A DNA stretch of 61,995 nucleotides, the filler included, from Actinomycetota bacterium (GTDB lineage Bacteria; Actinomycetota; Actinomycetes; JAKEEW01): assembly GCA_046725875.1 (NCBI GenBank). It is 3 parts of 3 records of this genome, joined end to end, with 100 filler letters (N's around TTAATTAATTAA, not from the genome) between each part and the next. Parts side by side here need not be neighbours in the genome. Positions count along the whole stretch, not along the records: positions 1 to 17,741 come from JBKOZJ010000097.1; 2 more parts are not named here. The stretch is one strand, 5' to 3'. A model generated the notes under the pieces. That model saw only the letters and a list, made by a program, of their open reading frames with translations, did not search any database and had not been told where the DNA came from. Position 1 is the first letter of the stretch. Each line of letters begins with the position of its first letter. This document shows, one piece after another, positions 1 through 8,728 of the stretch. A program made the position numbers and the translations under genes.

Positions 1-1
1 C

Positions 2-172
2 AACGGCAAGACCCACTGCGGGTGGCGGCTGGCCCAGCCCAGGCCCGGGCACCTGCGCTGGCGATCACCCACCGGCCACCACTACCAGCGCGGCCCCGAA
101 CAGGTCGGGCCGATCACCCAACCCGATCACCAGCGGACCAACCAGCCAACCGAAGATCCACCACCGTTCTAA
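2..172 (+). CDS. 3' end of HNH endonuclease / DUF222 (REP13E12-like) protein, partial
   Basis: Frame from base 2 reads NGKTHCGWRLAQPRPGHLRWRSPTGHHY...EDPPPF-stop(TAA 170-172); KTHxGW, WxSPTG and terminal DPPPF are typical of the C-terminus of actinobacterial DUF222-HNH proteins. Not in the ORF track. Confidence 0.75.
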   Translation, partial: NGKTHCGWRLAQPRPGHLRWRSPTGHHYQRGPEQVGPITQPDHQRTNQPTEDPPPF

Positions 173-261
173 CAACCGACGCAGCTGCATGGACTGGTCC
201 ATGCCGATCCGACGCCTGAGCATGGAGGGGGCCGGTTGCCTTGATCGCCGTTTGAGCCAAC

Positions 262-1653
262 CTACTCACGGTCGCGGGCGCGGGTTCGGCGGCGGATGGT
301 GCTAGCGATGACGGCGTATGCAACGAGCAGGACCAGTGCGACGGCACCGGCGATGACGTAGGCCCTGACATCGCCCTCGTCGGTGTAGCCGCCTTCGCGC
401 CCGGCGTATGCGATGGCGATGGCGGCCGGGATGCCGATCAGAGCGAGCACCCAGACCGCCACATTCCACAAGGCGCGTCGACGATCTTCGAGCCGCCATT
501 CGGCGCTTGCGACGGCGACCAACTCTGCCGCGACTCCCTGTGCCAGCCGGCTCAGCATCCGCCCGACCGCCAACGCCCGACCCGACAGGTCGAGGACGCG
601 CACCAATGTGCGGTGGTAGCTCTCCACCGGACGGTAAGGGAAGACCGCGCCCGGATCGGTCGCGGCATCGACCGAGAATGCCAATTCAGCCTCGAGATCG
701 CCGATCCGGTTCGTGATGGTCTCCAGAAACCGGCGGCTCCCATGTGTGCTGCGAAGCTCGCCCGCAGCGGCGCGGTAGCTGCCCACGGCGTCGTAGGCGG
801 CTGCGCGAACTTCGCGCAGCCTCGTCGCCGCACCCACCGCAACGACGGCCGAAAGCACGAGCGCGTTGCCCAGTCCCGTTGGCTGCCCGGTGGCGACGGT
901 GACGTGGGGACTCAGCCATACAGCTCCGTCGGCCGCCAGCTCGGCGGGTCGATGGACGAGGAGCTCGGCCGAGCCGTTGACTTGTGACGCTGGGTAGAGC
1001 AGGCTGCGGACGCCTTCGCGGTCCAAGCCGAGCCCATTTGGTTCGCTGAACGAGGCGATCACGTGACGTTCCGGCGCAAGCCCTCCGCTGCCGTGCCCAC
1101 TCATGGCGAACGCCTCGGCCAGCGTTTGGCCGCCGACCTCGGCATCGCCGTCCACGAGGTCGGCGAGGAGCGGCCGCAGGTCCTCCGCGGTGCCAACGAC
1201 ATCGAGTGCGAGCGCCGCGACTAGGCGTCCAGACGGCAGGGCGAACAGCCACGTCGTTACGCCGAGCGACCGCTCTCCAGCTTTGCCGCGCGGCGTACGT
1301 AACGACGACGGTTCATGGCTCGCTTGCCCCAGCACTGTCGGCAGCTGCACCCCCCGTGATGCGTCCGCGAACCCGGCAATGTCGAGCTGGTCGGCAACCG
1401 GGGTAAGCCGGCCGCTCTCCGGTACGCTCCAGGAGGTCCCGTAGATCGCGACTACCCGAACGGTCGGCCGCTCTCTCTCGTCGGTCGAACCCGCCCCTTT
1501 GCGCAACGGCAGAGCCGTGGATGTGCTCACAGAGTACGCAGCGTTCCGGATCATGTCGTTGCGGTCAAGGGGGCGACCTCCTGATATCGCCGTACCACGA
1601 GGCGAGACGAGGTCGATGACGACGGCATCCGCCATCGAGGACGCGACCGTCAA
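262..1653 (-). CDS. Hypothetical membrane protein with two C-terminal TM helices (CorA-like topology); start uncertain
   Basis: 463-aa ORF; long helical region followed by hydrophobic LWNVAVWVLALIGIPAAIAIAYAG and AYVIAGAVALVLLVAYAVIA, basic tail. Confidence 0.6.
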   Translation of the reverse strand: MTVASSMADAVVIDLVSPRGTAISGGRPLDRNDMIRNAAYSVSTSTALPLRKGAGSTDERERPTVRVVAIYGTSWSVPESGRLTPVADQLDIAGFADASRGVQLPTVLGQASHEPSSLRTPRGKAGERSLGVTTWLFALPSGRLVAALALDVVGTAEDLRPLLADLVDGDAEVGGQTLAEAFAMSGHGSGGLAPERHVIASFSEPNGLGLDREGVRSLLYPASQVNGSAELLVHRPAELAADGAVWLSPHVTVATGQPTGLGNALVLSAVVAVGAATRLREVRAAAYDAVGSYRAAAGELRSTHGSRRFLETITNRIGDLEAELAFSVDAATDPGAVFPYRPVESYHRTLVRVLDLSGRALAVGRMLSRLAQGVAAELVAVASAEWRLEDRRRALWNVAVWVLALIGIPAAIAIAYAGREGGYTDEGDVRAYVIAGAVALVLLVAYAVIASTIRRRTRARDRE

Positions 1654-1916
1654 GCCGTCGCCGAAGGTTTGCGCTGCCCAGGCGACGATCTGCTCGGCCG
1701 TCGCGTCCTCGAGGTCGTACCGCGCTCTCGGAACGAGAGCACCGACCGCCTCGGGTGGCCGACGCGACTGGTCCCCGGCGCGAGATCCCTGTCGCCCGGC
1801 ACCGACGATCGGCTAACGGGCCCGTCCAGCTGAACGCTTGCCGTCTTCATGCCCGCGCTCCGATGCCGGGGAACCTCATAGAGAAGACTCGAAGACCCGA
1901 GCGTGGGGCAAAATGA

Positions 1917-3425
1917 TCAGTCGTCGCCGTGGTCTTTATCTGGGATCAGGTCGTGGAGGTAGTCGATCAAGTTGGCCACGTCTCGGTAAACGGGCGTGGC
2001 GATCGTGCCCTCCTCCTTCTGCTTCTCCAAGCGAGCGGAGAGGCCGTCGAGCCGCTCGCGCGCGTTCTCGTACTTGCCTCGCTCAACCAGGCCGACGACG
2101 GTGGTGAGCGTCCGCCCGATGTCGAAGGCCGCTCGCGGGGTGATGTCCCCCGCGGCGAAGGCATCCTCGACCACGGCTTGAAGCTCGGCGAGGGCCGCCT
2201 CGGGGTTGTCCGGGTCAGCCGGCCCTCGGCTGCTTGGGGTGGGGGCGGTGGGAGGCGCACTGGTCGCCGGCTGGGTTGCCGGTACGGGCCGTTCGCGGTC
2301 GGCTCGAAGCAGCTCGGCGATGAACAAGCCGCCGCCGACCGCGAGCAGCACAACGGCGAGGAGGGCACCGGCCTGGCCCAGCCCGCCGGAAGCGGTGCGG
2401 CGGCCAGGCGGGGTTTTGGCTGGAGCGTATGCAGTGGACGGAAGCACCAGAGTCCCCTGATGGCGGCCCGCCGCGCGGTGGCCGGTGGCAGCGACCGGAG
2501 GGTGCCGGCCCGACGAAGGCTGTGTCGGATGGGGGATCGCCAGCGGCGGGATGGCCGCCGTGCGGGCGGCTTCCAGGGGCGAGAGGGAGCGCAGTGTCCG
2601 CGCCATCTCTTCGGCGCCGGGACGCTGCGATGGATCCTTTGCGAGACAGCGTCCGAGAAGCTGCCTCAGCCCCGGTGGCAGGTCGTCGAGCGCCGGACTC
2701 GCGTGGAGGTGGGCGTACGCCTGGTCGCTCCAGGTGCCGGGATAGAGCTGACGCCCGGTCACGGCATGGAACAGCACCGCCGCCAGCGCGTAGACATCGA
2801 CCGCCGGCGTCGCCGGTTTCCCGGTGAAGCGTTCCGGAGCAAGGTAGGGCGGTGTGCCGAGCGTCTGCCCGGCAACTGTCACGGCGGTATCTCCGGCGAC
2901 TGTTGAAATTCCAAAGTCGAGCACCTTCACGCGGATTGCGGAGGTTTCCACTTGGATCGAGTCTCCAGAACGCACGGCCGGGATCAGCATGATGTTGCCC
3001 GGCGTGACGTCCCGGTGGATCACGCCCCGGCGGTGCGCGGCGGCGAGCGCCTCGGCGACCTGGGCCGCCATGCTCAGCGCATCCGGTATCGCCAGTGGGC
3101 CGTCCTTCAACCTGTTGCTGAGGGTTTGCCCGGACAGAAGCTCCATGACGAGGTACTGGACCGGGCGACCGTCCTCGTCAATCTCGCCGTAGTCGTACAC
3201 CCGGGTGATGTACGGGTGGTCAAGCCGCGCGGCCGTCCGTGCCTCGCGGCGCAGCCGTACTCGGAACTCAGGGTCGTCGGTGAGGTGGCCGGCGAGTACC
3301 TTGACTGCGACCTCGCGACCGAGGACCACGTCGGCGGCGCGCCAGACGGCGCCGATCCCACCGATGCCGATGGGATCGAGCAGCACATAGCGCTCGGCTA
3401 ACCGAGCGCCCGCGGCGACGTTCAC
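1917..3425 (-). CDS. Hanks-type Ser/Thr protein kinase, membrane anchored
   Basis: GIGGIGAVW, VAVK, HRDVTPGN, DFG, GTPPYLAPE motifs; Pro-rich linker, TM helix, small extracellular helical domain; GGAG RBS in the 9-nt gap after glyA. Confidence 0.93.
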   Translation of the reverse strand: MNVAAGARLAERYVLLDPIGIGGIGAVWRAADVVLGREVAVKVLAGHLTDDPEFRVRLRREARTAARLDHPYITRVYDYGEIDEDGRPVQYLVMELLSGQTLSNRLKDGPLAIPDALSMAAQVAEALAAAHRRGVIHRDVTPGNIMLIPAVRSGDSIQVETSAIRVKVLDFGISTVAGDTAVTVAGQTLGTPPYLAPERFTGKPATPAVDVYALAAVLFHAVTGRQLYPGTWSDQAYAHLHASPALDDLPPGLRQLLGRCLAKDPSQRPGAEEMARTLRSLSPLEAARTAAIPPLAIPHPTQPSSGRHPPVAATGHRAAGRHQGTLVLPSTAYAPAKTPPGRRTASGGLGQAGALLAVVLLAVGGGLFIAELLRADRERPVPATQPATSAPPTAPTPSSRGPADPDNPEAALAELQAVVEDAFAAGDITPRAAFDIGRTLTTVVGLVERGKYENARERLDGLSARLEKQKEEGTIATPVYRDVANLIDYLHDLIPDKDHGDD

Positions 3426-3434
3426 ATTGCTCCG

Positions 3435-4709
3435 CTACCGTACGGTCCAGCCAGGCATCGGGAAGCCGAGGGCGAACTCGCGTACCTCCGCGGCGATCCG
3501 GTCAAGCGCAGGCTCGTCCTCCTTGCTGGCGGCGGTCACCGCCTCGTCCATCCAGGCGGCGATCTGGGGCATATCCGGTGGGGTCATTCCGCGGGTGGTG
3601 ATCGCCGGACTGCCCAGCCGGATACCCGACGGGTCGAACGGCTTCCTCGGGTCGTAGGGCACCGTGTTGTAGTTCAGCTCGATGCCCGCCCGGTCCAGCC
3701 CGCGGGCAGCAGGCTTGCCACCGATGCCTTTGCTGGTGAGGTCGGCGAGGATCAGGTGGTTGTCAGTACCACCCGACACGAGGTCGAAGCCGCGCTCGAG
3801 CAGGGCGTCGGCGAGCGCTGCGGCGTTGGCGACGATTGCCGCCGCATAGTCCTTGAACTCCGCGGTCGCCGCCTCGCGCAGCGCAACCGCGATCGCGGCC
3901 GTGGTGTGGTTGTGCGGTCCACCCTGCAGGCCCGGGAAGACCGCGCGGTCGATCGCCTTCGCGTGCTCGGCCCGGGACATGAGCATCGCGGCGCGCGGGC
4001 CGCGCAGCGTCTTGTGTGTCGTGGTCGAGATGACGTCCGCATGCGGAACTGGAGACGGGTGGACGCCGCCGACCACCAGCCCGGCGATATGGGCGATATC
4101 CGCGACCAGGATCGCGCCGACTTCGCGGGCGATCTCGGCATACTTCTCGAACTCGATCACCCGTGGGATGGCGGTGCCGCCGCAGAAGATCAGTTTCGGC
4201 CGCTCTGCCAGCGCGAGCGAGCGCACATCGTCGAAGTCGACGCGGCCGGTGTCTTTACGCACGCCGTACTGCACGGCCCGGAACCAGACACCCGTCACGG
4301 AGACGTTCCAGCCGTGGGTCAGGTGTCCACCCATCGGCAGTGCCATGCCCATCACAGTGTCGCCAGGCTGGAGGAAGGCGAGGTAGGCGGCGAGGTTTGC
4401 GGGCGACCCGGAGTAGGGCTGTACGTTCGCGTGGTCGACGCCGAACAGCTCCTTGGCACGGGTGATGGCGAGCTGCTCGACCTGGTCAATGACTTGCTGG
4501 CCTTCGTAATAGCGCCGCCCGGGGTAGCCCTCGGAGTACTTGTTGGTCAGCACGGTGCCCGTCGCCTCGAGGACGGCACGAGAAACGTAATTCTCGCTCG
4601 GAATCAGCCGGATCTTCTCCGCCTGCCGGCGAACCTCCGCGTCGACGAGCCGGGCGATCTCCGGATCCGCCTCGGCGAGGCCGGCGAAAACGAGTGCGGT
4701 CTGAGTCAT
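3435..4709 (-). CDS. glyA: Serine hydroxymethyltransferase
   Basis: LIPSENY, NKYSEGYPGRRYY, GGHLTHG, TTTHKTLRGPR (PLP Lys), FPGLQGGP; start moved to ATG 4709 behind GGGAGG RBS. Confidence 0.97.
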   Translation of the reverse strand: MTQTALVFAGLAEADPEIARLVDAEVRRQAEKIRLIPSENYVSRAVLEATGTVLTNKYSEGYPGRRYYEGQQVIDQVEQLAITRAKELFGVDHANVQPYSGSPANLAAYLAFLQPGDTVMGMALPMGGHLTHGWNVSVTGVWFRAVQYGVRKDTGRVDFDDVRSLALAERPKLIFCGGTAIPRVIEFEKYAEIAREVGAILVADIAHIAGLVVGGVHPSPVPHADVISTTTHKTLRGPRAAMLMSRAEHAKAIDRAVFPGLQGGPHNHTTAAIAVALREAATAEFKDYAAAIVANAAALADALLERGFDLVSGGTDNHLILADLTSKGIGGKPAARGLDRAGIELNYNTVPYDPRKPFDPSGIRLGSPAITTRGMTPPDMPQIAAWMDEAVTAASKEDEPALDRIAAEVREFALGFPMPGWTVR

Positions 4710-4739
4710 GTGCGCCTCCCGGGTCGGCTGGTTCCCGGA

Positions 4740-4820
4740 CACCCAGGCGCGCGATGCCCGATGGACGGATAGCCGCTCCCCGGTGGTTTGTCTCCACCTG
4801 ATAACGCCAGTCGCAGCGTC
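4740..4820 (-). ncRNA. ZMP/ZTP (pfl) riboswitch
   Basis: Minus strand reads GCUGCGACUGGCGUUAUCAGGUGGAGACAAACCACCGGGGAGCGGC...AUCGCGCGCCUGGGU, matching the pfl core (GACUGGCG, GGUGG/CCACC stem, GGGGAGCG, 3' CGCCUGGG pseudoknot partner), directly upstream of glyA, a known pfl-regulated gene. Confidence 0.93.
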
Positions 4821-4876
4821 CCTGAGAGTAGCGCACGCAGGCGTACGATCACTCCCGGCAGGAGGGCGAGGATGCC

Positions 4877-5410
4877 ATGAAAGTGAGTGCCCGGCATGTG
4901 TGGCTCGCGGCGCTTGCCCTGAGCCTGGCCGGGTGCGGAGATTCCGGCGAGCACGCACCCGAGGAGACTTCTTCGCCCGCGCTCCCGCCGATCACCGTGA
5001 CAAGCAGCGCGTTTACCGCGGGGCAGCCGATCCCGCAGAAATACGCATGCGAGGACCGTGGAGGGCAGAACCTCTCGCCGCCGCTCGCTTGGGCGGGCGC
5101 ACCCAGCGGAACCGTAAGCATCGCGGTTGTGGTCACCGACCCCGACGCCGACAACTTCATCCACTGGGTGCTGGTCGACGTACCACCTCAGGTGATGTCT
5201 CTGACCGAGGCACAGGTGCCGGCTGGCGTGCGAAAGGTCCAGGAGTGGTTCGGCCCGTGCCCGCCCAGCGGCGTCCACGACTACGTGTTCGCGGTGTACG
5301 CGCTCAATAAGCGAATCCCGACAGACGTAACCGAGCCGGCGCCGGCCATCACCGCCGTCCGGGAGGCGGCGATTGCCAAGGGCGAGCTGACCGGCACCTT
5401 CGCCAAGTGA
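4877..5410 (+). CDS. YbhB/YbcL (PEBP) family lipoprotein
   Basis: Lipobox LAGC; SPPLAW, DPDA, HWVL, GPCPPSGVHDYVF motifs. Confidence 0.9.
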   Translation: MKVSARHVWLAALALSLAGCGDSGEHAPEETSSPALPPITVTSSAFTAGQPIPQKYACEDRGGQNLSPPLAWAGAPSGTVSIAVVVTDPDADNFIHWVLVDVPPQVMSLTEAQVPAGVRKVQEWFGPCPPSGVHDYVFAVYALNKRIPTDVTEPAPAITAVREAAIAKGELTGTFAK

Positions 5411-5512
5411 GCCGCCTGGTAGAAGGTTCCCGTGTTCCAATCGGTTTGAAGCGGGTCCTTTATATCTCCTGGTCTGGAGCTAGAGGCCCTTCTACCGGGG
5501 GAGACTGAATAC

Positions 5513-5635
5513 GTGATCTGCCGGGAGTGCCGCGAACGCCGCCACGACCGGTGTCGAGGCGGTTCCTGGTGCGACTGCCAGCACCTGCCACCCATCCGGG
5601 AAACCGAGCCGGCTACCAGCACTGCCGGACCATAG
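5513..5635 (+). CDS. 40-aa Cys/His-rich putative metal-binding microprotein
   Basis: GGGGGAG RBS then GTG; MICRECRERRHDRCRGGSWCDCQHLPPIRETEPATSTAGP-TAG; below the ORF-track cutoff. Confidence 0.65.
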   Translation: MICRECRERRHDRCRGGSWCDCQHLPPIRETEPATSTAGP

Positions 5636-5686
5636 GCACGTCCACCGGCCGTTGATCGCGTCTGGGCTCTCGGGGAAGCCGTTGCC

Positions 5687-6787
5687 TCAGGCAGCCGGCC
5701 CGGCGGCAAGCCCGGTGCACATGCGCAACGACCGCCAGCTCGCGATCGCGTCCTTGGCGGCCTCGTCGACGACCGCAATCGGCAGCCCACCGCCGGTCTG
5801 GATTCTGGCCGGCCGCCAATGCGGCTTCCCGATCTTGCCGTCCTTCACGGTCAGGGTGAGGACGCCGGTCGTGGCCTCGGCCAGGGAGTTCGTGCCGTAC
5901 CACATGAAGTTGCCGAGTCCGTAGTCGACGAAGGTGTCCCCGAGCCATCCGGCGCCGAGCGGAACGTGCGCGTGCGTTCCGACCACGATGTCCGCACCGG
6001 CTTCCGCCAATGCGCGCGCGAGCATGCGCTGCTCTGCGGTCGGGCAGCCGACTCGTTCGGTTCCCCAGTGCAGGAACACCACCACGAGGTCACTGCTCTG
6101 GCCGGCCGCTCGTACCCCATCCAGCAGGCGCTGCGGGTCGCGCGCCGACGCAACCCCGGCTTTGTCCGGGCCGGCCGCCCAGACCGCCGCGGTGTGGTCC
6201 GGGACCTGAGTGGCGGCGAGGATGGTGATCTTTTCGTCGTCGATGGTGGTGGAGTACGGGGCAAAGGCCGCGTCGGCGTCCCGCCCGATCCCGATCACCG
6301 GAATCGGGCTTTCCGCCTGCGCCGCCAATGTGTCCGTGAGCCCCTCCATGCCGTAGTCGACGGCGTGGTTGTTCGCCATCGAAACCGCGTCGACGCCCGC
6401 CTGCATCAGCGCGGTCAGCGCCGCGGGCGGCGTTCGAAAGTGGTATTTCTTTGGCTCCGGCGTACCTCGGGCAGTGATCGCCGTTTCGAGATTGACCATG
6501 GTGAGATCGGCCCGGCCGAACATCGTCGAGACCGGTGCCAGGCCCTCCGGATGGTCCAGGTAGGGCTCGAGCTCCTCCTCGAAGTGAACATCGCCGGCGA
6601 ACGCCAGGGTGATCGTCCCGTCGTCTCGGGTGCTCGGTCTTGCGTTGGTCTCGTTATGAGGCTTGACCTTGGTCACCGCAAGCGTCGCGGTCGAGGTGGA
6701 TCGGTCAGTAGACCCACCGCCGGAGCTACAGGCTGCCACGGTGAGCGCGGCCACCAGCGTTAACGCTGTTCCCGGCCCTCCTCTCAT
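5687..6787 (-). CDS. CapA family (PGA_cap) metallophosphoesterase lipoprotein
   Basis: Lipobox VAAC; FAGDV, NLET, ANNH, LHWG, GTHAHV, YGLGNF motifs. Confidence 0.92.
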   Translation of the reverse strand: MRGGPGTALTLVAALTVAACSSGGGSTDRSTSTATLAVTKVKPHNETNARPSTRDDGTITLAFAGDVHFEEELEPYLDHPEGLAPVSTMFGRADLTMVNLETAITARGTPEPKKYHFRTPPAALTALMQAGVDAVSMANNHAVDYGMEGLTDTLAAQAESPIPVIGIGRDADAAFAPYSTTIDDEKITILAATQVPDHTAAVWAAGPDKAGVASARDPQRLLDGVRAAGQSSDLVVVFLHWGTERVGCPTAEQRMLARALAEAGADIVVGTHAHVPLGAGWLGDTFVDYGLGNFMWYGTNSLAEATTGVLTLTVKDGKIGKPHWRPARIQTGGGLPIAVVDEAAKDAIASWRSLRMCTGLAAGPAA

Positions 6788-6805
6788 GGGCGGAGAGCGT
6801 AACGC

Positions 6806-8593
6806 TCAGCGGCCGAGTTCAGGCGTCGCACGGCTCACGATTGCGGCTGTGTCGATGCCGCGGGGGAGGGTGCCGAAGGCGTAGCCCCAGTCCCGGTCCA
6901 GCCGGGAAGCGCAGAACGCGTCGGCGACCGCCGGGGCGGCGTAGCGCAGCAGCAGCGATCCCTGGAGGAGCACGGCCATTCGCTCGGCCAGCCGGCGCGC
7001 TCGCGCCTCCATGCCCTCGAGGTCCGCGAGCGACTGGAGGAGGTCCTTCACCGCGGCGTCGAAGCGGCCGTCGGCACCGGCGGCGAGCTCGACCTCCGCC
7101 AGGTAGGCGTCGAGCGATGCGGGTGACCGGCGCAGCGCGCGGAGCAGGTCGAGCGCATTGACGTTGCCGGAGCCTTCCCAGATCGAGTTGAGCGGCGCCT
7201 CCCGGTAGAGCCTGGGCATGCCGCTCTCCTCCACGTAGCCGTTGCCGCCCAGGCATTCGAGCGCTTCACCGACAAGGGTAGGACCACGCTTGCACACCCA
7301 GTACTTGCCAAGCGCCACGGCGATGCGCAGGAATTCGTGATCCTCGACGGCGGCACGGCCGGAGCCGTTGGACCCCGATCCGCCGCCAGCCACAACGTCT
7401 GCGGAGGAAGGTGCAATGGCGTCCACGGCGGTCGCAAGGCGCATGGCCAGGATTGTTGCGCCCTCCGACTCCACGGCGAGGTCGGCGAGGACGTTGCGCA
7501 TGAGCGGTGCGTCCGCGAGCAGCGTGCCGAAGGCGCGCCGGTGCGCGGCATGGTGGGTGGCCTCGGCCACAGCGCGGCGCATGAGCGCTGCGGAACCGAG
7601 CACACAGTCAAGCCGAGTGGCCGAAACCATCTCGATGATGGTCGCCACCCCGCGGCCCTCGTCGCCGAGCCGGCGCGCCCACGCCTGCTCGAACTCGACT
7701 TCCGCGGACGCGTTCGACCGGTTCCCGAGCTTGTCCTTGAGGCGCTGCAACCGAAATCCGTTGCGGGTACCGTCGGGCAGTACCCGCGGAAGCAGGAAGC
7801 AGGTCAGGCCACCCGGTGCCTGCCCGAGTACCAGGAAGACGTCGCTCATCGGCGCGGAGCAGAACCACTTGTGGCCAGTGAGCAGGTAACCGCCGTCGCC
7901 GGTCGGTTCGGCCCGGGTTGTGTTCGCACGCACGTCCGAACCGCCCTGCTTCTCCGTCATTGCCATACCGGCGAGCGCGCCTACTTTGGTGACCGGTGGC
8001 CGCAGGCCTGGGTCGTATCTCGGTGCTGTCAGAAGCGGCTCCCACACCGCCGCCAGGTCGGCGTCGACACGCAGCGCTGGGATGGCCGCATATGTCATCG
8101 AGATGGGGCAGCCATGCCCGGCCTCGACCTGGCTCCACAGATAGAACTTCGCGGCCCGGATAAGGTGTGCCGGCCCTGCATGGTCGCGCCACGGTGCGGC
8201 ATGCAGCCCGTTCTCTACCGCTACTGTCATCAGCCGGTGCCACGACGGGTGGAAGGCAACCTCGTCGATGCGGTCGCCATACCTGTCGTGCGTCTGCAGC
8301 ACCGGTGGGTTGCGGTCCGCCTCGCTCGCCCACTGTTGTGCTTCCGCCGAGCCCGCCAGCCGACCGAGCTCGGCCAGCTCGTCGATGCGGTCCTCCGATT
8401 CAGCGCCCACCAGATATCGGCGCACGGTTTCGACGAGGACGGGGTCGGCAGCGAAGACGTCGTACTCCACCAGGGGCGGCGGCTGGTTCGCCGGGGCTGT
8501 CTGCGGGGGTCGTCCCCCCGGGGCAGTTGAGGTCCGGGGCATCGTGGGAGGTCGTCCGGCCTGGCCGCCTGACGGCATCTCCGGCGTACTCAT
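6806..8593 (-). CDS. AidB-like acyl-CoA dehydrogenase
   Basis: NQPPPL, GHGCPISMT, MTEKQGGSDV, GHKWFCSAP, KLGNRSNAS, LGGNGYVEE, NSIWEGSGN. Confidence 0.92.
   Translation of the reverse strand: MSTPEMPSGGQAGRPPTMPRTSTAPGGRPPQTAPANQPPPLVEYDVFAADPVLVETVRRYLVGAESEDRIDELAELGRLAGSAEAQQWASEADRNPPVLQTHDRYGDRIDEVAFHPSWHRLMTVAVENGLHAAPWRDHAGPAHLIRAAKFYLWSQVEAGHGCPISMTYAAIPALRVDADLAAVWEPLLTAPRYDPGLRPPVTKVGALAGMAMTEKQGGSDVRANTTRAEPTGDGGYLLTGHKWFCSAPMSDVFLVLGQAPGGLTCFLLPRVLPDGTRNGFRLQRLKDKLGNRSNASAEVEFEQAWARRLGDEGRGVATIIEMVSATRLDCVLGSAALMRRAVAEATHHAAHRRAFGTLLADAPLMRNVLADLAVESEGATILAMRLATAVDAIAPSSADVVAGGGSGSNGSGRAAVEDHEFLRIAVALGKYWVCKRGPTLVGEALECLGGNGYVEESGMPRLYREAPLNSIWEGSGNVNALDLLRALRRSPASLDAYLAEVELAAGADGRFDAAVKDLLQSLADLEGMEARARRLAERMAVLLQGSLLLRYAAPAVADAFCASRLDRDWGYAFGTLPRGIDTAAIVSRATPELGR
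8490..8524 (-). repeat. G6-N4-C5 palindromic repeat copy inside ACAD 5' end
   Basis: Minus strand GCCCCGGGGGGACGACCCCCGCAGACAGCCCCGGC; similar to copies at 28612-28643 and 55862-55891. Confidence 0.55.
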
Positions 8594-8728
8594 GTCCCGA
8601 GTATCGTCCCCTGCCTGCCCCCGCGCTCCGCTGGGAATGCAGCCGCGACCTTAGTCGGCCGGAAAGCGGGTACGAGACCAGCCGGAGCGCTGCCGATGAC
8701 CTAGTTACGGATGGGAAGGCGGTAGGCG

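Noticed and set aside
1650..1850. 66-aa ORF overlapping the start of 262-1653
   Set aside because: Has a GGAG SD but low-complexity sequence and no motif; could be noise or a frameshifted N-terminus.
4710..4958. N-terminal extension of GlyA in the ORF track
   Set aside because: Covers the riboswitch and the divergent gene; SD supports ATG 4709.
6806..8593. AidB-like gene as part of the Ogt/Ada alkylation system
   Set aside because: On a different contig; this ACAD subfamily is widespread, so no link can be shown.
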